A stretch of 64,000 nt of DNA. Source: Scyliorhinus canicula. Taxonomy: Eukaryota. The stretch spans positions 1,612,001-1,676,000 of the forward strand of contig NW_024055733.1 of NCBI RefSeq assembly GCF_902713615.1, in the 5' to 3' direction. Each line of letters opens with the position of its first letter. Position 1 is the first letter of the stretch. The position numbers and the translations under genes are program-made. The notes under the pieces are model-generated. The model was not told where the DNA came from. It saw only the letters and a program-made list of their open reading frames with translations, and searched no databases. Shown here one piece after another: positions 48,373 through 60,185 of the stretch.

Positions 48373-49741
48373 TCAACTGGATCTCAGGACACATGTCCAG
48401 CCAGGGCTGGTGAGCTGAGATTTCACTCCAGCAATCATTTGATATTTTGGATTATTTCTAAACCGGGATTTTTGTTTCGTGGCTTTATCATTTACTTTCC
48501 TCAAATATGTGGCCAATTGTATTATTTTCCTCTCTTTTCTTTCAGCAATTTTATTGTAACATTTGCCGCATAAAATCCTACATAATTTTAAAATTCCCAA
48601 TTTCCATCCTAATGCAGCGATGATTACTCCTCCTGAAACTGATACAAACAAGTGCGAATTATTTTAGAGTCCTGGTTAACATTGTCCAGAATCATTTAAA
48701 TGGACTTGCTACAATTTTAATTGCTGCTTTAACTGTGTCTTTACTTTTTTTTCTTTTAGTGCAGCACGGTAGCATTGTGGATAGCACAATCACTTCACAG
48801 CTCCAGGGTCCCAGGTTCAATTCCGGCTTGGGTCACTGTCTGTGCGGAGTCTGCACATCCTCCCCTTTTGTGCGTGGGTTTCCTCCGGGTGCTCCGGTTT
48901 CCTCCCACATTCCAAAGATGTGCGGGTTAGGTGGATTGGCCATGATAAATTGACCTTAGTGTCCAAAATTGCCCTTAGTGTTTGGGGGGGGGGGGGTACA
49001 GAGTTATGGCGATAGGGTGTTGATCTTGGGTAGGGTGCTCATTCCAAGAGCCGGTGCTGGCCGAATGGCCTCCTTCTGCACTGTAAATTCTATGACCCCA
49101 TGTTCACCAAATTGCGTCCCAAATTACTCCAGCTGATATAATATGGGAGGTGTTCTATTCTTGACACACAAGTGTTAACTGTTTTATTACGGCTTCTCAT
49201 TGTCCAAGTTCCTCCCTTTTTTCTTTAATACGGTCCATCAATCCTTCATTGAACTATCTGAGCCTTTATTATTGTTACTAACTTGTGTTGTGACGTCTTC
49301 TGCGCTTATTACTTCATAACATGCTACTCTCTCTATTGACGTTATATTTCCGATTATAGTGATTTCATTACGACTTTCTAATCTGTTTGATAGGTTCAAT
49401 ATGTATTCGAAGCTGTTTGCAAGTGTTCCCCACATTTCACTGAATATGTCACTGGCGCTTTCTATTGATACCAACATACTGTTGTTCAGTCCTATCTCCT
49501 GAATGACCTGAAAGTTAATGATTTCCTCCGATATATTAAGACATTTGTTTATTCTTATTTTTATTATGTATTCTCTGTGATTCAATCATATATCTATTTT
49601 TCCATTTCCCATTATCTCGCCTGACTTTTCCAATGCAATTAGCCATACTAAAACTCCCCAACTAATCACTGTAACTCCCATTAATATCGTTGTCTCCCAT
49701 TTTAGCCAATCTATTTTACTCTTTGTCGTAATTACTTCCAT
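48373..49741 (-). pseudogene. Decayed viral-type membrane glycoprotein (env-like) ORF, split by a SINE
   Basis: N-terminal hydrophobic segment (TILMGVTVISWGVLVWLIAL), sequons NIS/NNS/NLS/NIT/NKT, aromatic pre-TM (ASPFK*FWTML), TM (FVSVSGGVIIAALGWKLGIL), Cys and basic tail; needs stops and frameshifts bridged. Confidence 0.55.
48761..49095 (+). mobile_element. HE1 SINE inside the provirus
   Basis: Full-length copy. Confidence 0.92.
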
Positions 49742-51500
49742 TCCTTCTTCGACCCTGATCTTTATTTCCCTCTTGATAGTAGTTCTTTTTCTCCTTCCAA
49801 ACAAATGGGGCTGTATCATTTTCTTCATCTGAAAAATCAAATGAACAGGTTAAAGTTGGATAGGGCCCTAGTTTAAAATTTGTGTTTTCTATTCTTGTCG
49901 GAATATGCCAGAAGTGCCCTCTCCATGACATCCGGATTTCCTTTGCCACCACCTCTTCTTTTTTTCTTTCTTCCCTGGTTTGAGGTTTTTTCATGCACAC
50001 ACATCATAGAATTAAGGCCGGTTAAGCCTCCTCCTTCTATCATTGCACCCCGAGTGAGATTCGAAGAATCTCAAACACCTCATTCTTTGCTCGCATAGTT
50101 GTCCAATCTGATCTGAACTTTCCCTGATACATCTCGGGAATTGCTACTGCTTTTATCTCAATTTCTGTAATTCTGATCACGACAGAACTTTATGAAAGGT
50201 TAGTTCGGAACATGACATTTGAACTAGGGCAGCACGGTAGCATGGTGGTTAGCATAAATGCTTCACAGCTCCAGGGTCCCAGGTTCGATTCCCGGCTGGG
50301 TCACTGTCTGTGTGGAGTCTGCACGTCCTCCCCCTGTGTGCGTGGGTTTCCTCCGGGTGCTCCGGTTTCCTGCCACAGTCCAAAGATGTGCGGGTTAGGT
50401 GGATTGGCCATGCTAAATTGCCCGTAGTGTCCTAAAAAGTAAGGTTAAGGGGGGGTTGTTGGGTTACGGGTATAGGGTGGATACGTGGGTTTGAGTAGGG
50501 TGATCATTGCTCGGCACAACAAAGAGGGTCGAAGGGCCTGTTCTGTGCTGTACTGTTCTATATTCTATAACTCTATCACGTGTCCTATCAATGCTGCTTA
50601 CAGGTCTTAAGTCCGCGATGTTCCACTCTGCTTCATCACACAAGACTAACAAATGTAGTAATCCCCTGACACTCATAATGTAACATTCCTTCCCTTCTAC
50701 AGCCTGTTTACCATCAGGAGTCTGTTACCCCGCCTCCTGACCTTTTGTCACATCAATGGGTCTGTTCTGGTGTATATATATCCTAAAGCCATAACTCGGG
50801 TAAATCAGTAACTTCGTGCAACACTCCTTTTTCCCTTTTCCAATTGTTTTGGGGGTATGATCTATCCCATGGCATGGTATCATTGCAGTGATACACACCC
50901 TAAATACCGTAATGCAGACCTTGTATCCCTGTGTCATACCAACATCACGCATAACGTACACTCCCTCACTATCCGGTACAACACGTTTATCACTTCTCCA
51001 CAATCCTGCACAGCCTTTTTGAGTCACGTTGTTGTCGGACAAATTATCCTTGCAGTAATTGCACGTTGTCATGAGGTGTCACAGTGGGATCTACCATCCC
51101 ACTGTGACACCTCATGGAGTCAAAATCCACCCTGAGGTCACATATCTCAATCATTAAAGTTGCCTGATAGTTCACAAAACAATCATGACAAAACTGAATG
51201 TCCCAAATCTCCCTGGGGGCTGCAGCATCGCCCCATCGCTGTCTTTGCAAATGCATTACCAATTCTCATGAATACCCAGTATCTGACAGTCTCCTGGGTT
51301 TCATATGAGTACTACCTGTCCAAACAATCGGACTACAGAACGCCCCACAGCCCTGCCATGTTGTTGCCTGATGCTCACTGTGAACCATTTTAAACTGAGG
51401 GCCATGCATCACCGCCTTTGATCTATCATTCCATACATTTAATTATTTACTGATTACGTTCCAACGCTCACTGCCCATAGGCTGCCTATGGAGTATCATA
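49716..51500 (-). pseudogene. Decayed Cys-rich ORF of unknown function inside the provirus
   Basis: Near-continuous reading through a few stops and frameshifts and one SINE: WQGCGAFCSP..FCHDCF..RCHSG..TCNYCK..KECCTKL..WRGHFWHIP. Confidence 0.45.
50227..50568 (+). mobile_element. HE1 SINE inside the provirus
   Basis: Full-length copy. Confidence 0.92.
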
Positions 51501-51584
51501 ATTCTTCTGTTATTTTTTAATTTGAACACATTCCTTAATTCTGACACAATTTATTTTAATCCAGACGCCATGGTTCTCTAACAC

Positions 51585-51806
51585 TTTTTTCGTTTTTAGC
51601 GTACCCAATTCATTTTTTCCAATTAAGGGACAATTTAGCTTGGCCAATCCACCTACCCTGCACATCTTTGGGTTGTGGGGGCGAAACCCACGCAAACACG
51701 GGGAGAATGTGCAAACTCCACACGGACAGTGACCCAGGGCCGGGATCGAACCCGGGTCCTCAGCGCCGTAGGCAGCAGTGCTAACCACTGCGCCACCGTG
51801 CTGCCC
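51585..51806 (-). mobile_element. HE1 short-subtype SINE with 14-bp TSD
   Basis: tggttctctaacac at 51571 and 51809. Confidence 0.92.
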
Positions 51807-53019
51807 GGTGGTTCTCTAACACAATTGTATGTTCACACTAATCTTTTACGATTTTGTCTTTAGTTGTCACGGCGTCACTGACTACGTTTCCTGTGGATTT
51901 ATTCGGCAGTTTCACCCACACTTCCTCTCTGTTATCTATTGGTTTTAATATCCTAATTTTTTCCTGAATCATCTTAATTTTATTAAATTTTTCCCTGTCA
52001 TCAGATTCTTATTTCCTGATACTGCAAGTAATTCTCCTAATCTAACTTTGGTCTAACGTTTCTATTGCCTAATACCCCCTCTATAATGTAATCCCTAACT
52101 TCTGGCCTAATATCTTTATTCCTTAAAGCTCCTTCTACAATGTATTTAACATGCTAAACTTCATTTCTTCTTCTTGTAACTTTTGTGCTGCCCATCGGGC
52201 ACTAGGACCCTGGTGGAGCCGTGCCGTGTCAATTTCAATTCGCTAGTTTTAAAGTAATTTCCTGCAGGAGAGCTATGACTGCTTGTGAGTAAACCTTATT
52301 TTTTGTGTTTATGCTTTGACCAATTTATTTTTGAACATACTAATGTGCTACCTCATAATATTGATCACATTTCTGCCTGCCACTCATAACTTCTAATTGA
52401 TGTGAAACTTTTTTAAAAATACAACACTTTAAAAACTAGAAACACCAACGGACAATTCACAAATCCTTATGAATCACACACATTCATTTAAACATTCAGA
52501 TCTTGGATCTCTACCCTGTTGACTTTTACGTACTGTACAAAAAATTAGACCCCTCCATTCTGATAAGGTACTCTTATCCAGGAGTTTTTCTTTCCTCTTT
52601 TAATCTCTTCCACTCTTGTTCCTTTTCACTTCTGCTTTCACGTAGCGCCCCCGTTTGCCGCACTACTGCCTTTTCAGTGCTATCTGACTCTAACACTGAC
52701 TCCTGCTTCTGCTTGGGTCAGAACAGAATCAGTGATTCCGCTCATCTTCCAGATACGAATTGACTTAATACTTTAAGGATGTCGATCGGATCCGTATACT
52801 GCAGGGCTCTCGGCACCCGAACGAAGAATGAGATATCAGTCTCCTGAGTAATCACTTTCTCCCAAGATTTCCTCTGCTCCTTTAATTCTCTCCACTGTCG
52901 GTTTATTGTACCACCTCTCTCGCCCGTATTTCAGGGCAAGAGGATTACCCTAATTGCTATTTTCGGATTTTTTAACTATATGTAGTTACAACTGTGACTG
53001 GCGGTCCCTTTCGGTCTAT

Positions 53020-53200
53020 GATGTGGAGATCCCGGCGTTGTACTTGGGTGAGCACAGTAAGAAGTCTTGCAACACCAGGTTAAAGTCCAACAGGTTTGTT
53101 TCAAACACGAGATTTCGGAGCACTGCTCCTTCCTCAGGTGAGTCACTCGTTTCTGAAACAAACCTGTTGGATGTTAACCTGGTGTTGTAAGACTACTTAC
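53020..53200. mobile_element. Penelope-like element remnant (inverted pseudo-LTR hairpin)
   Basis: Arms gtaagaagtcttgcaacaccaggttaaagtccaacaggtttgtttca (~53057-53103) and tgaaacaaacctgttggatgttaacctggtgttgtaagactacttac (~53154-53200). Confidence 0.75.
53103..53140 (-). ncRNA. Degenerate minimal hammerhead ribozyme core (Penelope-type)
   Basis: Minus strand CUGAGGA-A-GGAGC-AGU-GCUCC-GAAA; stem III weak. Confidence 0.55.
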
Positions 53201-53695
53201 CTTTCAGTCAAGACTCCGAAATTAAGGGATAACTGTACACGTGGGCAGCCATCCGCAAAGGTACCTGAGGCACTATCCTCCTGTGTTCGTTAAGGGACGA
53301 TTAATCGGTCCCCAAAGGTTTCTAGGCGTCCCTATTGCTCCGGGTTCTATCTTCACAATCTGCCTGTCTCCAAGGAGAATTTATTGCTGCCCTACTTCTT
53401 CCAGTTGACGCAGGACACTCAGTACTAGATACTATGCCGTCCTGCAGACTTTTCCTCAGGGTTAGCATTTTCTAGTCTACTAACACTCGCATCCAACTGA
53501 GCCGTATGCCCCCCCCCCCCATACCCCAGAATCCGTCTTAAGTCAATCACTTATGACTTGTCAAACTATACTCCGGGGGTATAGTTTGGTCGCCAGGAAT
53601 TACCAATATTCAAGGCGGACCTGCTCAACTAGAAATTTCTAATATTCTAGCCTCGCCTTGCCTGGAGATGCCCCATTTTCTAGACGTCCTCACTC

Positions 53696-54044
53696 ATAGA
53701 ACATAGAACAGTACAGCACAGAACAGGCCCTTCGGCCCTCAATGTTGTGCCGAGCAATAATCACCCTACTCAAACTCACGTATCCACCCTATACCCGTAA
53801 CCCAAACAACCACCCCCCCACCCCTTAACCTTACTTTTTAGGACACTACGGGCAATTTAGCATGGCCAATCCACCTAAACTGCACATCTTTGGACTGTGG
53901 GAGGAAACCGGAGCACCCGGAGTAAACCCACGCACACAGGGGGAGGACGTGCAGACTCCGCACAGACAGTGACCCAGCCGGGAACCGAACTTGGGACCCT
54001 GGAGCTGTGAAGCATTTACGCTAACCACCATGCTACCGTGCTGC
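53696..54044 (-). mobile_element. HE1 SINE in the provirus leader
   Basis: Full-length; cactc on both flanks. Confidence 0.92.
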
Positions 54045-54176
54045 ACTCGACAAGAAACTTCTAATATTCTAGCTGTCCAACCTTGGAACTTCTAATAATC
54101 CATTGATTATGCCATGGAGTAATTTAGAGTGGACCACTGGGTCCTGAAGCCCCACAATCTTTCAGCTTTCAAGGTG

Positions 54177-54194
54177 ATCCACGTTTGGGCGCCA
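54177..54194 (-). promoter_or_regulatory. Primer-binding site complementary to tRNA-Lys
   Basis: TGGCGCCCAAACGTGGAT vs Lys1,2 PBS TGGCGCCCAACGTGGGGC and Lys3 PBS TGGCGCCCGAACAGGGAC. Confidence 0.75.
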
Positions 54195-54234
54195 CTTCAT
54201 TCTCTGGCAGCCTGTTTCAACACGATCAACACTA

Positions 54235-55543
54235 TGCAGTTTTTACCTCACCACTATTCTTAGAATTCCCCCAAACCAAAAAGGGCCGTTCATTCTAAAT
54301 GGTGAGCAGGGATTCTCACTCCCCGACTCCTCCGCATACTTAGGCGAATGCCATTCAGGTCAAACTAATATTTCAAGTTATCCTCGGTATAACCCCTATC
54401 TTCGCAGAAGACTTTTATTTACTTGCCACTCAGTAACTTACACACGGGTCCAGTTTGCTAAGTGAAGTAAAGTAAACTTTAAAGAAAAATACAAATAACC
54501 ACTTTTTCAGGTTATAAATTTGAACTTAACTTTATTTTCAAGTTAAAAGAGAAGAACGACATTTACAGAAAGGTAAAAATGTTTTTCCTGTTCGGACCAG
54601 TTGCAGACTTTCAAGCCTCTCTTGACAATCAGTTTTCTTTAACTTTTGGTCTGTTCGCTCTCTGGGCTGCTCGTTCTGTCGATGTTGCTCTTTCCGTCAC
54701 CGAGGAAGAATGTCTGATTCTCTGCTCATCTCTCCCAGTTTTTATAGCAATTTGGGGCCACTTAATCTCTGCACCTGGCATCCTGCAGCCTGTCTGCTTG
54801 ACAGTTTGAAAGTTACATTTTATCGATTTAGAAGCAACCGTGCGGTTACCTCCTCACTTGCTCGCCATTCCTGACTGTAACGTTTCTCGCTTTTCTTGAC
54901 GTAATTAATCAGTTTGTGTCTTAGTTAGCATTTCTTTTGTATTGATGTGTCTCTTAATGAGTTTTCTTAGATTCGACTCGGGTCATTTTTGGGTTAAGCT
55001 AATGTAATTTTAGGGATATTCCTTCCGACTCTAACTTTATCTGTCTTGTTCATCTTCTAGAAGGTTTTAACTTCAAAATGATATAAGCTGTAGCGTGGCC
55101 TTGTCACCTTTTAGTTTTCTTAATTTGTAAATCAGTTTGTTTCACTTAATTATCTGGATCAGTAACTTTTCATAATTGGAGGTTCTTCCTTATCTTTACA
55201 CTTTAGATTCTTGCTGTCTTTTTTGATTGTTCAACAACATCCATTGATTCAAGATTTGTGAAATACTGTTTCCTTTCATATAACTTTTAAGAGTAAAAGT
55301 CAATCCAAGGACCTTTCTAATTTGTTGATTTATAAAGAAGCTCCTATCTGTTCTCTTCCCTGTCTGTGAAGTTGTCTGCTTTCAAAACAGGCTGCTGTAT
55401 GAAGTTCACTGCTTTCAAACAGTTCAAACAGGCTGCTGCTGTTAACCCCTTGTGGGTCTTCTCTCTTTGATTCATATAGCCTCAGGCACTCTTATTGTTT
55501 CTTTCATGTTTCAAATGTCATATTCTTCCGAATTTTGACAACA
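54235..55543 (-). repeat. 5' LTR, 1309 bp
   Basis: TG...CA; both ends defined by homology to the TSD-flanked solo LTR. Confidence 0.88.
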
Positions 55544-55559
55544 CTTCCCTGTTCAGAAT

Positions 55560-56040
55560 TACTGCCTCCCAACACTCACTGCACTCTGCAGATTTACTAC
55601 CTTCCATCACTCAGTGCTCTCTGCAGATTCACTCCTATCACTCACTGCTCTCTGCAGATTCACTCACATCACTCACTGCTCTGTGCATATTCACTCCCGC
55701 CGATCACTCACTGCCCTGTGCAGATTCACCCCCTTCCATCACTCACTGCCCTGTGCAGATTCCATTCCTCCCATTACTCACTGCCCTCTGCAGATTAACG
55801 CCCTCGCATCACTCACGGCCATATGCAGATTCACGCCCTCCCATCACTCACTGCCCTGTGCAGATTTACTCCCTCCCATCACTCACTGCCCAGTGCAGAT
55901 TTCCACTCTCCCATCACTCACTGCCCAGTGCAGATTTCCACTCTCCCATCACTCACTGCCCTGTGCAGATTTGCTTCCTCCCATCACTCACTGACCTGTG
56001 CAGATTCACTCCCTCCCATCACTCACTGCCCTGTGCAGAT
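55560..56040. repeat. 35-bp minisatellite (tgcagattcactccctcccatcactcactgccctg)n
   Basis: Same unit as 62427-64000. Confidence 0.92.
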
Positions 56041-58368
56041 GAAGTTCCTCCATCAAAATCGCAGGCTACACATAATTAATCCCATTCCCTCCCTGAATCT
56101 CTCCCATTCCCTGGCCTTTACAGACTCTCTGCTTCATTTCCACTGCTTGTGGTGTTCAGATAATTAATTCTAACCATCAATATATGCCAGCAGCCCAAAA
56201 TAGAAATTAAAATATGTGTTACAAGTGTTTGTCTTGAACACCGAACACGGGGCAATGTAACTGAGAGACTGGAGGAGATAATCCTGCACGTTCTAAGTCA
56301 GAGAGCGGAAGGCAAGGCATCATGTGGTCAGCTAGTAATCTCAAGAATCCTGAAGAATTTGGAGAGTGTCGTAATCACGGAGATGTATGAATCTGCTCTG
56401 TAATACTGAGAAATAAATCACCAAGGCCATGACAGGTTTTGATTCTGTTACAATCCTCCAGCTCCAATTTTAATCATCACCTTAGATCCCGGCATTGGTT
56501 AGTCCCTTAACCCTGGGGAACAGACTCTAATTAATAAAGAATCAATGAAAACAACGGTTGATCACTCTCTAATTGTGGAACAGTCAGTATTATCCTGAGG
56601 AGAAACCAGAGAGGATACAGAAGGGAATCAAAAGGACCAGTCTTCCCAACAATACGAGCGGGAGTTTGTAGTTATCCAGTTATGGCAGTCAGGTAGACTC
56701 AATAATTTAAATAAATATGTCACACAATATATAATTGTTTCTCAGCCAATTACTTCCCGGCTTCCATCATTCAAATTACTGAGACATCATCAGTAGAAAC
56801 AGGCAGAGAGATCACATTGTATTCCACCGCATAGCACCGATATTTCTAGTAATTAATCAATTTAAAACCTGAAAGATAATCGCTGGTACTCAGAGACATT
56901 TCCAAATGCATGTTATTGTGAAAAGTAAAAAGATTTCTAGATATGTTCAGTAAACGTTGGACTGAAAATAATCAGATTCTTGTCATGGTGATTCGATTAC
57001 AAATTAATCAGATTAGTTAATTGTGAGCAGAAATGAGCTGTTCAATTTATTGTGTTATTATTGGAAGGTCAGGAATTACTGACTGTATTTGAAAGAAAAA
57101 CCTTGTTGTGATTACTGCCTGAACAATATTTACAATACACCGGTGACTATGGAATAAACAATCCTTAATAATCACATTCAAAGATGCATTTCAATGTTCT
57201 TCGTTATTTACTGTGTTCAATGGACTGAAAACTAATTTGATGCTGTCTATCAATGTTGTATAAAACACGATGGTGTAATATATGACATCCTGACTACAAT
57301 CATTGGAATTGCTCAGTTTTCTTTGGTTGAAACAGGCAGGGAGAATTCTCAAACTATTCGAACATGGCACAACAATGGAATTAAACCCTGAGATATAATT
57401 GTTGGTATCATAGAGATGGAAAATATTTCCAAATGCATATTATTGTGGGAAGTTAAAAGATTTATACATCTCGTTAGTGATCAATGGATTGATAGTAATC
57501 AGTATCTTGCCATGATAATTCTCTTGGAAAATGATTTTGTTTTAATGTCCTGTATCCGGTTCTCTGTTCCGCCAGCCCTGTCGTCCGGCGCTTATTGCCC
57601 CCGCCACAACGGGATTTTCCGTTCCCGCAGACGGTCAATGAGCTTTCCCATTGTGACCACCCCACGCCATCGGGAAACCCGCGGACATGGGTGCGCTGCC
57701 GTTATTGTTGATGTTATTACTGTTGTGTGCTAAAGAATGACAGATTCTATTCCACTGAATAACAATCTTAATTTCATTATTGTCTGAACAACAATTAGAA
57801 ATCGCCTGTGATTATTGCAATGAACAATCCTTTGACAATCACCGATGCAATGAAATATTTTTAGTTATTTGCTGTGTTTAATGGAGTGAAAACTAATTTG
57901 GTATTTTCTATCAATGTTGTGAGGTTAATAATTGGTTGTGTAATGCTTGTTGGACTTTAACATAATGAGCTCTTCACTGATTTAGTTCAACCACGCATTG
58001 AATTAATCAGATAATTGTTTATTGGACCAAACAATTGATTCTAGGTAACTCTGATTATTGGGATGAACTGTGTTAACAGGTGATGAATCTTCCACAGAAA
58101 AAATTAAATAATTCAAGTAAAAAGCACTCGATCCGTCATAATTTCACCAGTGTAAAGATATTTAATGTTGGGACTCTGGCAATCATTGATTAAAATATTC
58201 TGAGCCATTTTAACAGATAGTTGTTACATATTCGCTTTGTTTATTGGGTGTAATGATTAAAAGTTAGTTACTTTAACTCTTGGACTGATAAAGAATTTGC
58301 TGTTCACTTTTGTAAGAAATCCAAGGAGTAGAAAATGTGTTGGCTGCCAGGACAATCTCGACAAAACT

Positions 58369-58551
58369 TGGATTCTCCGCCCCGCCAGCCTGTTTTCCGG
58401 TAGTGCGCGCCCCCCGGCAGCGGGATTCTCTATTAGCGCAGTTGTTGAATGGGTGCACCGCGCCGCCATTGTGACCACCCCCAGACAGTCGGGTAACCCG
58501 CGGCCGTGAGTGCGTAGCCAGTGAATCGGAGGATCACCGACGGAGAATCCA
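58369..58551. mobile_element. MITE with terminal inverted repeats (a related relic at ~57555-57700)
   Basis: tggattctccg ... cggagaatcca; GC-rich island in AT-rich DNA. Confidence 0.7.
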
Positions 58552-58627
58552 GCACAGGAACGTTGAAAAGGGACCTGTTGCAGTGACTGATGTTGTCTCC
58601 AAATCCGGGAGATCACTCAGCCCCCTC

Positions 58628-59630
58628 CGGGGTTGGGTGATATCTAGGGTTGGTTCTCTCTGGGGTTGAGAAATCTCTGGGGTTGAGTGATCTCTGGATT
58701 TGGGTGATATCTGGGGTTGGACGATATCTGGGGTTGGGTGATCTCTGGGGTTGGATGTTCTCTGGTGTTGTATGATATCTGGGGTTGGGTGATATCTGGG
58801 GTCGGGTCTGTCTTGGGTTGGGTGATATCTGGGGTTGGGTAATATCTGGGGTTGGGTCACTTTTGGGGTTGGGTGATATCTGGGGCTGGGTTATCTCTGG
58901 GGTTGGGTGATCTCTGGGTTTGTGTGATATCTGGGGATGGGTCTCTTTCGGGTTGGGTGACATCTAGAACTTGGAACAGTACAGCACAGAACAGGCCCTT
59001 CGGCCCTCAATGTTGTGCCGAGCCATGATCACCCTACTCAAACCCACGTATCCACCCTATACCCGTAACCCAACCACCCCCCCAACCTTACTTTTAAGGA
59101 CACTACGGGCAATTTAGCATGGCCAGTCCACCTAACCCGCACATCTTTGGACTGTCGGAGGAAACCGGAGCACCCGGAGGAAACCCACGCACACACGGGG
59201 AGGACGTGCAAACTCCACTCAGACAGTGACCCAGTCGGGAACCAAACCTGGGACTCTGGTGCTGTGAAGCATTTATGCTAACCACCATGCAACCGTGCTG
59301 CCCCATCGGGGGTTGGGTCTCTCTGGAGTTGGGTGATATCGGGGGCTGGGTCTCTCTGGGGTTGAGTGATAGCGGGGTTGGGTCTCTCTGCGGTTGGGTG
59401 ATCTCTGGGGTTGGGCGATATCGGGGGGTGCGATATCGGGGTGTTATCGGGGAGGGGGTGATATCGGGGAGGGGGGGATATTGAAGAGGGGGTTATATCG
59501 TTGTGGGGTGGTATCGGGGTAGGTGTGATATCGGGGTGGGGGTCATATCTGGGTGGGGGGTGATATCGGAGAGGTGGTGAGTTCGGGGAGGGGGTGATAT
59601 CGGTAAGGGGGATATCCGGGGTGGGGGTCG
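58628..59630. repeat. G-rich 20-bp minisatellite (ggggttgggtgatatctg..)n interrupted by an HE1 SINE (58965-59303, -)
   Basis: Tandem GGGGTTGGGTGATATCT units; SINE core and tail. Confidence 0.9.
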
Positions 59631-59734
59631 GGCGGTGCTGCAGTTTCCATTGAGGCACAACAACCCCGCAAACCCCCAATGGGGCAAATGGGCAGCAAAG
59701 GCCGTCACTGCGCCTGCGCCATCCCCATCCTAGC

Positions 59735-60122
59735 ATCCCCTGTGTGCCGACGGCCACCATCTTCTGTTGCCAGGGGAGACCTGGCAGCCATCTTGCGTTG
59801 ACAGGGGATACCGACGGCCATCTGGTGTTGCCAGGTGAGACCTGGCGGCCATATTGTGTTGGCAGTGGAGACTCCCGGCGGACATCTTGTGTTGCAAGGG
59901 TAGACCCGGCGGCCATGGGGGAAGTCACACTCATAGCAGATCGACCATGAGGGCACACATACCCAGCTGATCGGCCATGGGGGGGAGTCAAACACACAGC
60001 TGATCGCCCATGGGGGAGTCACACACACAGCTGAACGGCCATGGGGGAGTCACGCACCCAGCTGATCGGCCATCGGGGGAGTCACACACCCAGCTAATTG
60101 GCAATGGGGGGAGTCACACCCA
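59735..60122. repeat. Two short ~31-bp minisatellites
   Basis: ggccatcttgtgttgccaggggagacc-like and gctgatcggccatgggggagtcacacacaca-like units. Confidence 0.75.
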
Positions 60123-60185
60123 CCCACCGACAGTCCCTCCTGGTAATGCACAATAGTAAATCAGGGTGACGCTGGCTGGAGATGG

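Larger units (their letters stand above)
45940..55543 (-). mobile_element. Defective endogenous retrovirus-like provirus (long LTRs, tRNA-Lys PBS, RT-less; foamy-like/complex)
   Basis: Direct repeats 54235-55543 (TG..CA) and 45940-47145; minus-strand TATAAA 54741-54746 and AATAAA 54531-54536; PBS 54177-54194; decayed A-rich minus-strand ORFs. Confidence 0.82.

Noticed and set aside
56740-57930. Two diverged ~540-bp direct copies in AT-rich DNA
   Set aside because: Ordinary old tandem duplication with no coding or structural signal
357-59306. Recurring 60-90 aa ORFs of the type MVVSINASQLQGPRFDSRLGHCLCGVC
   Set aside because: Translations of HE1 SINE copies, not a gene family
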